Virus record (IMG/VR): IMGVR_UViG_3300040781_000188 | Location: 1-61,481 of that record | Source: a virus | Taxonomy: Duplodnaviria > Caudoviricetes | DNA length: 61,481 nucleotides | Reading direction: 5' to 3' (one strand) | Notes under the pieces: generated by a model | What the model was told of the DNA's origin: nothing | Seen by the model: only the letters and a program-made list of their open reading frames with translations | Database searches by the model: none | In this document: positions 18,481 through 28,900 of the stretch, in pieces | Numbering within the stretch: position 1 is the stretch's first letter | Layout: every line of letters begins with the position of its first letter | Made by a program: the position numbers and the translations under genes

Positions 18481-19726
18481 TGGATATCTCCTGGATTAAA
18501 TCATACGTCACATCTGGTTGGAGACTGTTCATTGCTTCTGATAGAATACTATAGACTTGTCGTTTCTTCAAACGTTTTTCGATGTCAATAATATTCTGCA
18601 TGATAATAAGTGCTAAATCACGATATTGATTACAATATTTCAGTACGATTTTTGCAATCGGAACAGATATACTTCTTCTGTCTTTATGATTACTGTAGTA
18701 ATTAACTAACGCATATACTAATGCGTAGCGATCTACAGGAGACGAAGGAAGTTGATATTCGTCCGGATGGGAGACAATATACTCCATATCAAATTTCGAA
18801 TATATTCTGTAGTACTTTGCAAAATCTGCCGATGCTTCTTTACCTACATGAGATGTTGCCAAATACATGACAAGATCTTCTCTCATGATGGTATTGTTTG
18901 CTCGTTCATATGCGTACAACCAATTTGAGAAACGAGTCCATGATCGATTCGATCCCCATGCGACATCGACTTGTTCTTCCATGATCCAATATTGACGATA
19001 TAGATCTTGTTCAAGGAACGAAATAACACCAGGATGTACAGAATTGTTTTCATTGGCCAGTTCTGGCAGACGGCTAGGATTGAATGACAAATGCAACTTA
19101 TCGGTGTTTCTGCCGATAGCAAAGTTTGATTTCCAATATTCAAAACTTGGAATCACATTCATCAATGCCATTCGATTGGTGATTGCCGAGCTATGTGTTC
19201 TTGCGCCTGCTTTGTTACTTGTATTTCCAGCGGCACAGAAAGCACATTTTGCTGGTACTTCATAACCTCGAATTGATCTTTCCGAAAACAATTCCTGCAT
19301 TAGTCCTAGGTGTGTTGAGCCACAAAGATGCATATCGTCAAAGAATACAACAACGACAGGAACATTTTTGTTCTCTGCCAATTGATACATTTGACCAACA
19401 ACATCAGGTAAGGACCACGCTGTTGATCGATAGCTTTTGCCACCAATCTCAATAGTGGCAAATTCAGGAATACCACCGAATTCTTCTTGTGGTTTCATTG
19501 CTGCATGAATTGTGATGAGGGCCCAATTGAGTCTCATACACAGATCTCGCATCATCGATGTTTTACCGATTCCTGGTGTTGATAGTAAATACGGCACTGC
19601 AACGTCTGCTCCATCCCAGATAGCGTCTGGATTTTTTGATGCTTGTAAAGCAAGGTTAAAAGCGAGTAACTCATTCATGGCAGTGTGGATGGGCATTGCA
19701 GTTTTCAAAAATTCCGCGTTGATCAT
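18473..19726 (-). CDS. MoxR-like AAA+ ATPase
   Basis: Walker A STPGIGKT, Walker B VVFFDD, AAGN, SNRSW; SD AAGGAG before ATG 19726; paired with the vWA gene. Confidence 0.85.
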   Translation of the reverse strand: MINAEFLKTAMPIHTAMNELLAFNLALQASKNPDAIWDGADVAVPYLLSTPGIGKTSMMRDLCMRLNWALITIHAAMKPQEEFGGIPEFATIEIGGKSYRSTAWSLPDVVGQMYQLAENKNVPVVVVFFDDMHLCGSTHLGLMQELFSERSIRGYEVPAKCAFCAAGNTSNKAGARTHSSAITNRMALMNVIPSFEYWKSNFAIGRNTDKLHLSFNPSRLPELANENNSVHPGVISFLEQDLYRQYWIMEEQVDVAWGSNRSWTRFSNWLYAYERANNTIMREDLVMYLATSHVGKEASADFAKYYRIYSKFDMEYIVSHPDEYQLPSSPVDRYALVYALVNYYSNHKDRRSISVPIAKIVLKYCNQYRDLALIIMQNIIDIEKRLKKRQVYSILSEAMNSLQPDVTYDLIQEISNV

Positions 19727-19759
19727 TCGAACTTCTCCTTTCTTAGGTGGTACATAATT

Positions 19760-20113
19760 ATGGAAATACAAAAGACTGACATGTTAAGTGCATTTAGTCT
19801 TTATCCAACCGATAAGATTAAATTGATTGAAGAATTTTCTAAACCAATACATAATAATGTGTTTTTTAACAATTTAGAAATATTACAACAAGATAGTGAA
19901 TTTATTTTATTTAATGTAGAAAAATGGAGTATGAGACCTGAAGTTTTTTGTCAAGATAAATATAACGAATCTCATTTCTATCAGGTCATTCTTTTGGTAA
20001 ATAACATAAAGTCTATATTTGACTTTATTCCTGATAATTTCGTAGACCGAATTATACTGGCTCCAAAGTATCAACAAATAATAAAGTTATTAGGTCAGAC
20101 CATTTATACATAA
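19760..20113 (+). CDS. Baseplate wedge gp53/LysM-like protein
   Basis: RPEVFCQDKY...YQVILLVNNI pattern; ATG 19760. Confidence 0.55.
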   Translation: MEIQKTDMLSAFSLYPTDKIKLIEEFSKPIHNNVFFNNLEILQQDSEFILFNVEKWSMRPEVFCQDKYNESHFYQVILLVNNIKSIFDFIPDNFVDRIILAPKYQQIIKLLGQTIYT

Positions 20114-20114
20114 T

Positions 20115-20143
20115 ATTTCTTTATAACATTTATAAATATTAAA
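20115..20143 (-). promoter_or_regulatory. Conserved promoter-like motif, copy 1
   Basis: Plus strand ATTTCTTTATA-N9-AATATTAAA, same as 51714 and 52701. Confidence 0.6.
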
Positions 20144-20163
20144 AAACCAAAGGAGTAGACCGA

Positions 20164-21171
20164 ATGTCATCAAATGATAAAATCGATGGGTCTAAAAGAC
20201 TTACGGGCAGTTTCCCGTCTCAAAATTACGCTCCTTCTCCTCTTAGTAATATGCTAGAAAAAGGAGAAGAAAATATTTTATGGTATGATCGGGATCATTC
20301 TAATAAAGATGTATATGATGTATTTAATAATGATTTTAATTTGTTTTTGACAAAACTACCATCAAATAATGTAAAGAAATATGTATCTAATGTATTCAAT
20401 AAATCATTAATTTTTATTGGAGTATCTAAAATTTCATCACCTGTTGTATTTAACAGAATATTAATGACCAAATCATTAGATCAATTAGCTGGTATCGTTT
20501 TAGATTCTGGTGATTTAGAAATCCGTTTAGAGGTTGGAGAATCTGCAAGAATAGATGATTGTGTCTATGCTACCTATTTTGGTCTAATTAGGGCCGCAGT
20601 TATTGCTAATAAAAATGCAATTCAAAAAGAAAAAGATTTGCATAAAACTTTAGTGCTGTTTCTTTTTCAGACATTGCTTCGAGCATTAGGTAAAGGTGCA
20701 GTATATAATGAGAAACATAGACAATTTATAATGCTGTCATGCGCTTATATATTTTATAGACATTATTTCCAACAAAAGCATTTATCTGCTGTTAGTTTTG
20801 TTAAGAGAAATTTTAAGGATAATATTAAACCTGATGTGATGAAGGAGGCAATGGACCAAATTGCTTTATCTTCTAAATATTCAACAATACAAGACATATC
20901 TAAGATTTTGATAGATTTAAAAGTTATTACAAATAATCCTAATCAGATCACTATTTCTTTGATGAAAATGTTATCTAATAAAGGGTATTATTGTGTATCT
21001 GGATCTTTAGATTTTTTTATAAGCTTTGTTATATTATGTAGATATCCAACAGGTCTTTTTCCGAGAACAGCGACTGTTGGAGATAAAGTTCACAAGAATG
21101 TTGAAGATTCGATGACAAAATATCTTAATTCTTTGAAGTATAATACTAAAATTATAACGAAAGAATATTAA
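20164..21171 (+). CDS. Hypothetical protein
   Basis: 335-aa ORF, SD AAGGAG. Confidence 0.7.
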   Translation: MSSNDKIDGSKRLTGSFPSQNYAPSPLSNMLEKGEENILWYDRDHSNKDVYDVFNNDFNLFLTKLPSNNVKKYVSNVFNKSLIFIGVSKISSPVVFNRILMTKSLDQLAGIVLDSGDLEIRLEVGESARIDDCVYATYFGLIRAAVIANKNAIQKEKDLHKTLVLFLFQTLLRALGKGAVYNEKHRQFIMLSCAYIFYRHYFQQKHLSAVSFVKRNFKDNIKPDVMKEAMDQIALSSKYSTIQDISKILIDLKVITNNPNQITISLMKMLSNKGYYCVSGSLDFFISFVILCRYPTGLFPRTATVGDKVHKNVEDSMTKYLNSLKYNTKIITKEY

Positions 21172-21182
21172 GGAGAACAATT

Positions 21183-21761
21183 ATGGATTTCGCAAAAGGT
21201 CGTTGTATCGTGATGAAAAAAGAATATGATAATTGCTTAGTAATTCCCAAAGGTACATTTTCTTCTTCACGAGATGCGTTTATTTCTGAAGAAGGAATAC
21301 TTAAAATTAAAGAATTATCGACTGCTGAAGATGCCAAAGTTAAAGAGAATGCTGTTTGTTGTATGAATCGTCAAGTATATGATAAATGTTTAGTTGTCCC
21401 AACGGGAGTATTGCATCCTAAAGTCTCTATGACTATTTCTTTTGAAGCTATCGATGGTATATTAGGTGCTATTAAAAATAGGCCTGTTGAAGATAAAAAA
21501 GAAAAGGCTCCAAAGAAACCAACTAAGAAAGAATTGGCTGCGGAAAAAGCCGCAGTGGAAAAAGAATCAGCCTTATCTGCTCTTATAGTTGAAAGAGATG
21601 TTATGGAAGAGAATATTATGTTTATTGAAGATTCATTAAAAGAAGCATCTCCAGAAGAAGCTCCGAAACTTCAAGAAGAATTAACTAATACCCAGGATGC
21701 GCTAAAAGAGAAATTACAACAGATTGATGAGTTTAAACAAATTGATCCTTCCAAAGGATAA
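21183..21761 (+). CDS. Hypothetical protein with internal repeat and coiled-coil C-terminus
   Basis: YDNCLVIPKG / YDKCLVVPTG repeat. Confidence 0.7.
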   Translation: MDFAKGRCIVMKKEYDNCLVIPKGTFSSSRDAFISEEGILKIKELSTAEDAKVKENAVCCMNRQVYDKCLVVPTGVLHPKVSMTISFEAIDGILGAIKNRPVEDKKEKAPKKPTKKELAAEKAAVEKESALSALIVERDVMEENIMFIEDSLKEASPEEAPKLQEELTNTQDALKEKLQQIDEFKQIDPSKG

Positions 21762-21766
21762 TTTAT

Positions 21767-21958
21767 ATGTTATCTATTGTTAGATATTTAAATGAAACTT
21801 GGAGCGCAACTCCGATTCAACCGCCTGTTGGATCAGTATCTAGTGGATATCAAAATATCATTGATCGAAATCTAAAAACAGGAAATGGGCAATTTTTATT
21901 ACTAAGGAAAAACAAAGATGATAAGTCTATTAGAATATCCTATGCCCCAAAGAAGTAA
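21767..21958 (+). CDS. Small tagged protein (MLSIVRYLNE)
   Basis: SD AAGGA; tag motif. Confidence 0.65.
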   Translation: MLSIVRYLNETWSATPIQPPVGSVSSGYQNIIDRNLKTGNGQFLLLRKNKDDKSIRISYAPKK

Positions 21959-22250
21959 TTCTGTGGCTCCTATTGGACCGATGACTAATACTTTGCGCCC
22001 AAGATCCCCTATGAATTCACGATTTGTTAGAATGGGAACACCTGTACGGAGAGCAAGTTTAAGTACAAGTGTTCCCTCTGTACCAAGTAAGAATAATTTA
22101 GGTTTGGGGAATATTGATCGTATGAGGAGAAATGTTAGTGTCTCTCCCACTACAGGTACAAAGATGTCATCAACAGGATTAAAATTAGCTGGGAAAAATG
22201 TGCCACCGGGAACAGCTATAATGAATGTCCCAGTTAGGAGATTACGATGA
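21918..22250 (+). CDS. Tagged low-complexity basic protein (MISLLE)
   Basis: SD AAGGA; Pro/Ser/Arg-rich. Confidence 0.65.
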   Translation: MISLLEYPMPQRSNSVAPIGPMTNTLRPRSPMNSRFVRMGTPVRRASLSTSVPSVPSKNNLGLGNIDRMRRNVSVSPTTGTKMSSTGLKLAGKNVPPGTAIMNVPVRRLR

Positions 22251-22729
22251 ATTCAACCCTTTTAAAGGTTGCTGTTAGTAATGAATTAATGTTAGAAAAT
22301 CAAATACCAAGAGATCCTTCATTAAGTAGGATAGTAAAAGATCCATCTGTTGTTAAATTTATCACTTTAAGTAAAAAACTTTTAAATAAAGAATTAACGC
22401 CACAAGAAAAGAAAGAATATCCCAATCTATTAAAAGATCCTAAAGTACAGGCATATATTCAAGCATCAAAGAAAGTAGGTCAAAGAATAGGTTGGATTAA
22501 AGGTGGAATTTCAGGAACAGTTATTGGAGGATTAGCTAGTACAGGACCATCTGCTGCATTAGGTGCCACCGGTATTGGTCTTGCTGCTCTTGCACTTTTA
22601 GGTGCTATCGCTGGTGGATTATCTGTAGGTTATTTGGCTTCTAAGATTTATGGCATATTAAGAAAATGGAAAACTGAAGAAGAACTTACTAAGGGCGGAT
22701 TAGATAGTGGCGCATTAGTAAGATTGTAA
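22247..22729 (+). CDS. Glycine-zipper membrane-like protein
   Basis: Long Gly/Ala hydrophobic stretch. Confidence 0.7.
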   Translation: MNSTLLKVAVSNELMLENQIPRDPSLSRIVKDPSVVKFITLSKKLLNKELTPQEKKEYPNLLKDPKVQAYIQASKKVGQRIGWIKGGISGTVIGGLASTGPSAALGATGIGLAALALLGAIAGGLSVGYLASKIYGILRKWKTEEELTKGGLDSGALVRL

Positions 22730-22806
22730 AGGGAGGCGAACATGATATATTTAAATCTGTTTAGGATATCTTTACGATTTAAACTCCCTCTGTGTAAAGG
22801 AATATT

Positions 22807-23082
22807 GTGACACAAGAAGAAATATTAAGTAAAAATCGATCTATAATAGGTAATATTGAAGTTGAAGTCGAAATTCGTGTTGGTTCGACTAAGATGTTAA
22901 TTGAGGATATATTAAAATTAGGACCTCAAGCAATTATTAAATTAAATAAATCAAAATATGATCCATTAGATGTATTCGTTAATGGAGTATTATTTGCAAG
23001 AGGGACAGTCGTGAAGATCTCTGGGAGGGATACCTATGGGATCAAAATTACTGAATTCATATCCCCAGACCAACGGATGTAA
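22807..23082 (+). CDS. fliN: Flagellar motor switch FliN-like (SpoA domain) protein
   Basis: IEVEVEIRVG.TKM.I.DILKL...IIKLNK...PLDVFVNG.LFARG.VV...YGIKITE is the SpoA/FliN signature. Confidence 0.85.
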   Translation: MTQEEILSKNRSIIGNIEVEVEIRVGSTKMLIEDILKLGPQAIIKLNKSKYDPLDVFVNGVLFARGTVVKISGRDTYGIKITEFISPDQRM

Positions 23083-23098
23083 AGTAAGGATATCTGAC

Positions 23099-23443
23099 AT
23101 GTACAAAAACCGCCGAGATAATAATCGTATTGAAGTAGGGATAGATGTAACATATATTCTAGCCGATGGATCTGAAGTTAGAGTGTGTCGGACTGTTGAT
23201 GTAAGTCCAGGAGGAATGGCTATTTATGCAGATCAAATATTCCATGCGAAGACACCTTTAAAGTTTTATTTTAATACTAAACCTAAAGAAGTGTTTGATT
23301 GTGAAGTTGTATGGTGTCATAAAATCCCAGTTGTTGCAGGAGACATTCCTAAACCTTGTGAGTATAAAGTTGGACTTAAATATGGTGACGCTATTCTTGA
23401 AAGAGTAAGCGAAATCTTAAATGAAATAGAGGCAAGGAAATAA
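23099..23443 (+). CDS. PilZ domain protein 6
   Basis: RDNNR plus DVSPGG, EVVWC, KVGLKY; ATG 23099 after AAGGA. Confidence 0.85.
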   Translation: MYKNRRDNNRIEVGIDVTYILADGSEVRVCRTVDVSPGGMAIYADQIFHAKTPLKFYFNTKPKEVFDCEVVWCHKIPVVAGDIPKPCEYKVGLKYGDAILERVSEILNEIEARK

Positions 23444-23445
23444 CA

Positions 23446-24513
23446 ATGCCGTTAGGATTCGAATCAAATTCGTTGATTGAACATGAATTTATTGGAACTG
23501 TTTTACCAGATTTAGATCCTTTACAAAAAGGCAGATATAGAGTACATATCCCAGAATTGATGCAACATATATCAGAACAAAATGGTATATGGTGTAAGAA
23601 TCATGTGCATGCGTGGAGAATAACTCCTTCCGCTGATGGTGAGTATGGGAGTTATTTTCCACTTCATGCGGATACTAAAGTCATTATTAAATTTTATAGT
23701 AACGATATAAACACTGGGTATATTTGTCGAATAATATCTGATGCCTTAGATCAGACAGATAAAGAAGGACAAGATGCAGTAACCGTTAAACCATCATTGA
23801 AAGATAGAGATGAACAATATATAATCTTTAAAACGCCGAAAAAATTCAATGTATTTTATGCAAATGAAGAAACTGAAAACGAACCGAACACAATTTACTT
23901 AGTATATAATCGAGACGGTAATCCGGAGAGGAGAACGGTTTATCGTATTGATGAATCGGGTATCCATCTTTGGACTCGTGATAATAGAAGGGTCAGAATA
24001 TTATTAGATGAAAATAGACAAATTGATGGAAACCAAACCGAATATATTAAACTTTCTAGAAAGCGAAATATTGGAGAGCATGATAGTCTAGCAGTACGTG
24101 GAAATAAGATAACTAATGTGATAGAAAATGAAGACCGTACTGTTTATAAGACTAGAACAACTAATATACACGAGAATGAAGATAAGACTATTAAGAAAGA
24201 CCAAATTGAAAATGTAGAAGGTAATAAAGATAATCTCATCAAAGGAAATCTTACAATTCAAGTGCAAGGTGAATGTTCGATATCTGTTGATGGAAAATGT
24301 AATATATGGAGTGGATCGGAAATTAATGCTGTTGCTCCTATGATTAATTTAAATTGTGGTACAGCTTCTAAAGTACCATCCAAGACGTCTAAACCTGCAG
24401 AACCTGCGTTACCAAAAACAACAGTGCGTGATCTTGGACCTGGGGAAACTGAGGAATATGATCTTGAAGATTCTGTTGGTGATAAATGTGATGACGCAAC
24501 TAAGAGGGTTTAA
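23446..24513 (+). CDS. Baseplate hub/central spike (T4 gp5/VgrG-like)
   Basis: DLDPLQKGRYRVHIP OB-fold start; 8-residue VxGNxxxx beta-helix repeats; INLN end. Confidence 0.8.
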   Translation: MPLGFESNSLIEHEFIGTVLPDLDPLQKGRYRVHIPELMQHISEQNGIWCKNHVHAWRITPSADGEYGSYFPLHADTKVIIKFYSNDINTGYICRIISDALDQTDKEGQDAVTVKPSLKDRDEQYIIFKTPKKFNVFYANEETENEPNTIYLVYNRDGNPERRTVYRIDESGIHLWTRDNRRVRILLDENRQIDGNQTEYIKLSRKRNIGEHDSLAVRGNKITNVIENEDRTVYKTRTTNIHENEDKTIKKDQIENVEGNKDNLIKGNLTIQVQGECSISVDGKCNIWSGSEINAVAPMINLNCGTASKVPSKTSKPAEPALPKTTVRDLGPGETEEYDLEDSVGDKCDDATKRV

Positions 24514-24515
24514 TA

Positions 24516-25559
24516 ATGGATATAAGTTTAACAGAAGGTATTAAGTTTGGTAAAGAAGATCTTTGTAAGGATACTGGAGATCAGATTACGGATCTACAAA
24601 GAGGATTTGAAACAACAATCTCGATGGGCAGAGGATTTGGAACTAAAGGGCTCACTGAAGGAATATCTGGTATAATTGATGCTGGTGGAGAATCTGCTTT
24701 AGGAGATTTAGATCTAGGAATTGCCGGACTTAAAGATAAATCTAATGGAATGTTTAGTTCTATTGATACTTTTAAAAATGATATAGCTAGTGGGAGTATT
24801 GTTGATGGATTAAATGTTAATGTAGGTTCTATTGTTGATTGTTTAACAGGTTTCGATTTATCAAAATTCGGAATAGGTGATGATGGTGACACTTCTAAAG
24901 TAAATATAAGTAGCACTAATAAGATTTTAGAAGAAACTATGTCTACTATGTCTACTTCTATAATGAATGAATTAAGTCAATTGATGGGGCCTGCCGAAAA
25001 AGCTCTTATGGACGGTGTAGATAAATTAAGAAACTTACTTGATATAGATGCTTTAGATAAGTTGTTCCAATTAACTGGATGTTTACAGAATTGTCCTGGA
25101 GCAGAAAGTTATCAAGGAACAGACACTTCTATTAATTCATATACTGTTTATTGTTTAACAGAACAAAAAGAATTTATAGTTTATTCTTCAACACCACCAG
25201 TCGGACCGTATGTTTGTCCAACAGATTCAAATCATGTGTGTGATGAAGAATTAACAAAAATAAAACAAAAAAATATTCCTTCTCATTTAGGAATAGAATC
25301 TAAATTATCTGCTATAGGACTAACTATAAATGGTGAAGTGGATTGGGAATCTCCGGCTCTAGAAGGTTTAGAAATTCCTACTAAATTAATAGATAATGTG
25401 AATATAGTGACGGAATTTAAAAAAGATATTGAAAATAAAGTGTCATTAGCGAAAAAATTTTCACCTTTGCCGGAATTACCTACTTTACCTAAATTACCAA
25501 CATTGAATAACCCAATTAAAGATTTGGATATGTCTGGAAAGATTGCAGCATTATTTTAA
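24516..25559 (+). CDS. Hypothetical virion protein with Cys/His module
   Basis: Follows the spike gene; YTVYCLTEQ...CPTDSNHVCD. Confidence 0.65.
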   Translation: MDISLTEGIKFGKEDLCKDTGDQITDLQRGFETTISMGRGFGTKGLTEGISGIIDAGGESALGDLDLGIAGLKDKSNGMFSSIDTFKNDIASGSIVDGLNVNVGSIVDCLTGFDLSKFGIGDDGDTSKVNISSTNKILEETMSTMSTSIMNELSQLMGPAEKALMDGVDKLRNLLDIDALDKLFQLTGCLQNCPGAESYQGTDTSINSYTVYCLTEQKEFIVYSSTPPVGPYVCPTDSNHVCDEELTKIKQKNIPSHLGIESKLSAIGLTINGEVDWESPALEGLEIPTKLIDNVNIVTEFKKDIENKVSLAKKFSPLPELPTLPKLPTLNNPIKDLDMSGKIAALF

Positions 25560-25577
25560 ATAATTAAAGAGGCAATC

Positions 25578-25949
25578 ATGTCTAATAAATTAAAAACATT
25601 TGTTATTGATGATGATGATTCTGTTATGCGTGTTTTTGTGTTGTTATTAGAAAAACTAGGTTGCGAGTCTAATATGGCATTATCTACTAAACATGCGATT
25701 AAATTAAATAACAAAGAATTATTAGATTCTGATCTTGTATTTTTAGATATAGGAATACCAGGTGAATCTTTTAAATCTAATCTTGATGATTTATTTAGTT
25801 TAAAAAAAGATATGAAAATAATTGTAATGTCTGGTGCAATTTATGATGACGAACGAACTCTAATGAAAGATCGAGGAGTTTATAAAATTATAAGTAAGCC
25901 TGTGTCCTTAGAAGAGTTAAAAGAAATTATAGGTCTCATAGGAGAATAA
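25578..25949 (+). CDS. Single-domain response regulator (REC)
   Basis: VIDDD, VFLDIGIPG, VMSG, SKP. Confidence 0.9.
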   Translation: MSNKLKTFVIDDDDSVMRVFVLLLEKLGCESNMALSTKHAIKLNNKELLDSDLVFLDIGIPGESFKSNLDDLFSLKKDMKIIVMSGAIYDDERTLMKDRGVYKIISKPVSLEELKEIIGLIGE

Positions 25950-25954
25950 TCGTT

Positions 25955-28900
25955 GTGCAAAAAAATGTTTGTAGGATATTATTGGTTATATTATTATTAA
26001 TAATACCAACACTTTCTAATGCTAATTTTAAACTTAGAGTTGGCGTTTACGAAAATTATCCAGTTATTTTTATGGATGGTGATACACCGAAAGGTTTATT
26101 CATTGATATATTAGAGCATGTTGCTAAGGGTGAAGGTTGGACTCTTGAATATGTTAAATGTGATAGCTGGATAGAGTGTTTCCAAAAAGTAAGATTTGGT
26201 GGTATTGATATTCATGTAGGTGTCGCGTATTCAATTGAAAGAGACGATTATTTAGATTATAATAAAGAATCAATTCTTACATATTGGACAACAATATATC
26301 AGAGACCTTTAGGTGGAATCAACAATATTTTAGATTTGGATGGTAAAACTGTCGCTGTTATGGAAGGTGATTATAATGCTGAAGAATTTATAAATTTAAC
26401 TGAAGAATTCGACATTAATTGTGAGTATGTATGGGTAAAACAACCAATAGAAGTTTTTGATAAATTAGTGAATAATGAAGTTTCTGCGGCTATTATAAAT
26501 AGTATTAGTGGTATGGTTAATAGTGTCGATTATGATGTAAGACAGACATCTATTGTATTTAATCCTTTTGGATCTTTTTTTGTAACACGAGAAGGTAAAT
26601 TCCCTTTAGTGTTACAAGCTATTGATGATCATATTAAAATTGAAAAGAAAGATAAATTGTCATATTATCATTCTCGATTAAATTATTGGATTTCCAAAAT
26701 TAATCCAAGTTATAAAATTGACTTGATATTTATTTATTTATTTTGTGGAGCATTAGGTTTAGTTTTTATATTTTTATATTTTAAAGAAAAGGAAACTAAA
26801 GCTCCAATTAGAATAAGTTTAGTATATTTAATTATAGGAACTATTTGGATTGTTGTTAGTGATAATCTTATGTTTGGGATCACTGATCCAGAAAATTACA
26901 GGCAGTTTCAAACGTTAAAAGGTATATTGTATGTTATATTAACTACATGTCTAATATTTGTTCTTATTAGACATAGTATTCAAAGAATAAGAGATAATGA
27001 AACGAGATATAGTAAAGTAATACAGACTGTTCCACATGGAATGTTAGAACTAGATAAATATGGTGTGATTAAGTTAGCGAACACTACATTTTTTGAAATG
27101 ATTGGATATGGTAATGGTGAATTAATAGGTCAGAAAGTTCAAAGTTTTGTTGATTCTAAATCTATTAAAGATATTAATGAAATGCTTGGTAGTATACGTC
27201 AAGGTTATCCTAATAAAAACACTAATTGGTTTGGTAAAGCGGTAACTAAACGTGGAAGGACTATTGATATTGAGGTAAATTGGAGTTATTTGTATGGAGA
27301 TGATCATATATCTGGTATAGTTGCTGTTGTTACCGACAACACAGAAAAGAATAAAATTCAGATTAGATCTCAAGTAGCTAATGAGATATTAAATTTACTT
27401 AACAGAACTATCGAAATAGATGAAACTATACAGCAGTGTTTAGATTTATTAAAAGATAAACTTTTTATATCTGCTGTCGCTGTGAGATTGACTAAAGATG
27501 GAGATTACCCGTATTTTAAATCTCAGGGGTTCGATGAAGTTTTCACAGAAAAAGAAAAGTGCCTTTTAGCAGTGAAAGAAGTAATTTGTGTTGATCCACA
27601 TGATGAAGACTGTGAACATGTTTTAGATTGTCTTTGTGGTTGTGTTATTGAATACGATGAAGAAATATCTCCTACTCATTTCACAGAAAAGGGATCTTTT
27701 TGGTCGAATAATCTTTGTCAATTCTTCCAGAATTTGTCTATTGAAGATAAAGAACGATATCATATAAGAGGTTCTTGCGAAGTTGCAGGTTTTAAATCTA
27801 TTTGTCTTATTCCTCTTCGTTTTGGGAATAGAACAATTGGTTTGTTACAATTAAATGACAGACGCGTAGGTGTATTTACTAAAGATGTTATTAATTTCTT
27901 TGAAGGAATTGCTGATAGTTTAGGTATAGCTTTATATCGAAAAGTAACAGAATTAGAATTAACGAAAAGTGAACGTACTCTAAATGCTATATTTAATGCG
28001 GCTCCTATTGGTATGGGTATAATTAATAACAGGATTTTTGGAGTAACAAATAAGCATCTTCATAAAATGATAGGTCGTGGGCCAGAAGAACTTTTTGGTA
28101 AAAGTGCAAGAATACTTTATCCTACTCAAGAAGAATATGAAAGAGTTGGTCGAGAAAAACATCCTCAAGTCGAAAAATATGGTATAGGATGGGTCGAAAC
28201 CAAATTCAAACATAAAGACGGTACAATTAAGGATATTATTCTTAGTTCTTCAAGTATTGGTGAAGATGGTGAAATGGTTTTTACTAGTGTTGATATAACA
28301 GAACGTAAAAATGCTGAAGAAAAGATTATAAGAAGTGAAGTGAAGTATAGAGGATTATTTGAAAACATGTTAGATGGTTTCGCTTTACATGAAATAATAG
28401 TTAATGGTCACGGGGTACCTATTGATTATAGATATTTAACTGTTAATCCTGCATTTGAAAGAATAACAGGGTTTAAAAAAGATTATGTTGAAGGAAAAAC
28501 TGTTAAAACTGTGTTACCTAAAATAGAGGATCATTGGATTCAAAGATTTGGTAATGTTGCTTTAACAGGGGAATCTGATAATTTCGAAGAAGAAGTTATG
28601 AGTATGGATAATAGAGTTTTTGAGGTAACAGCATATAGCCCTAAAACAAATCAATTTGCGGTTTTATTTCAAGACATAACTGATCGTAAAAGGGCAGAAA
28701 ACGATCTAAAAGAGAAAAATGATCAATTTGATAAGTTAATATCAGGGTTATTTGATGGGTTTGTTAGAGTGTCATTAGACAGAATTGTTATTTCTGCTAA
28801 TCGTGCTTTTTGTGAAATGATTGGTTACACTGAAGATGAATTAAAAGCTATTACATTTGAGAATTTTACACATCCTGATGATTGGGTGTGGGAGAAACCT

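Noticed and set aside
20131-20138. T4 late promoter TATAAATA
   Set aside because: Only scattered copies noticed in very AT-rich DNA, not systematically before structural genes
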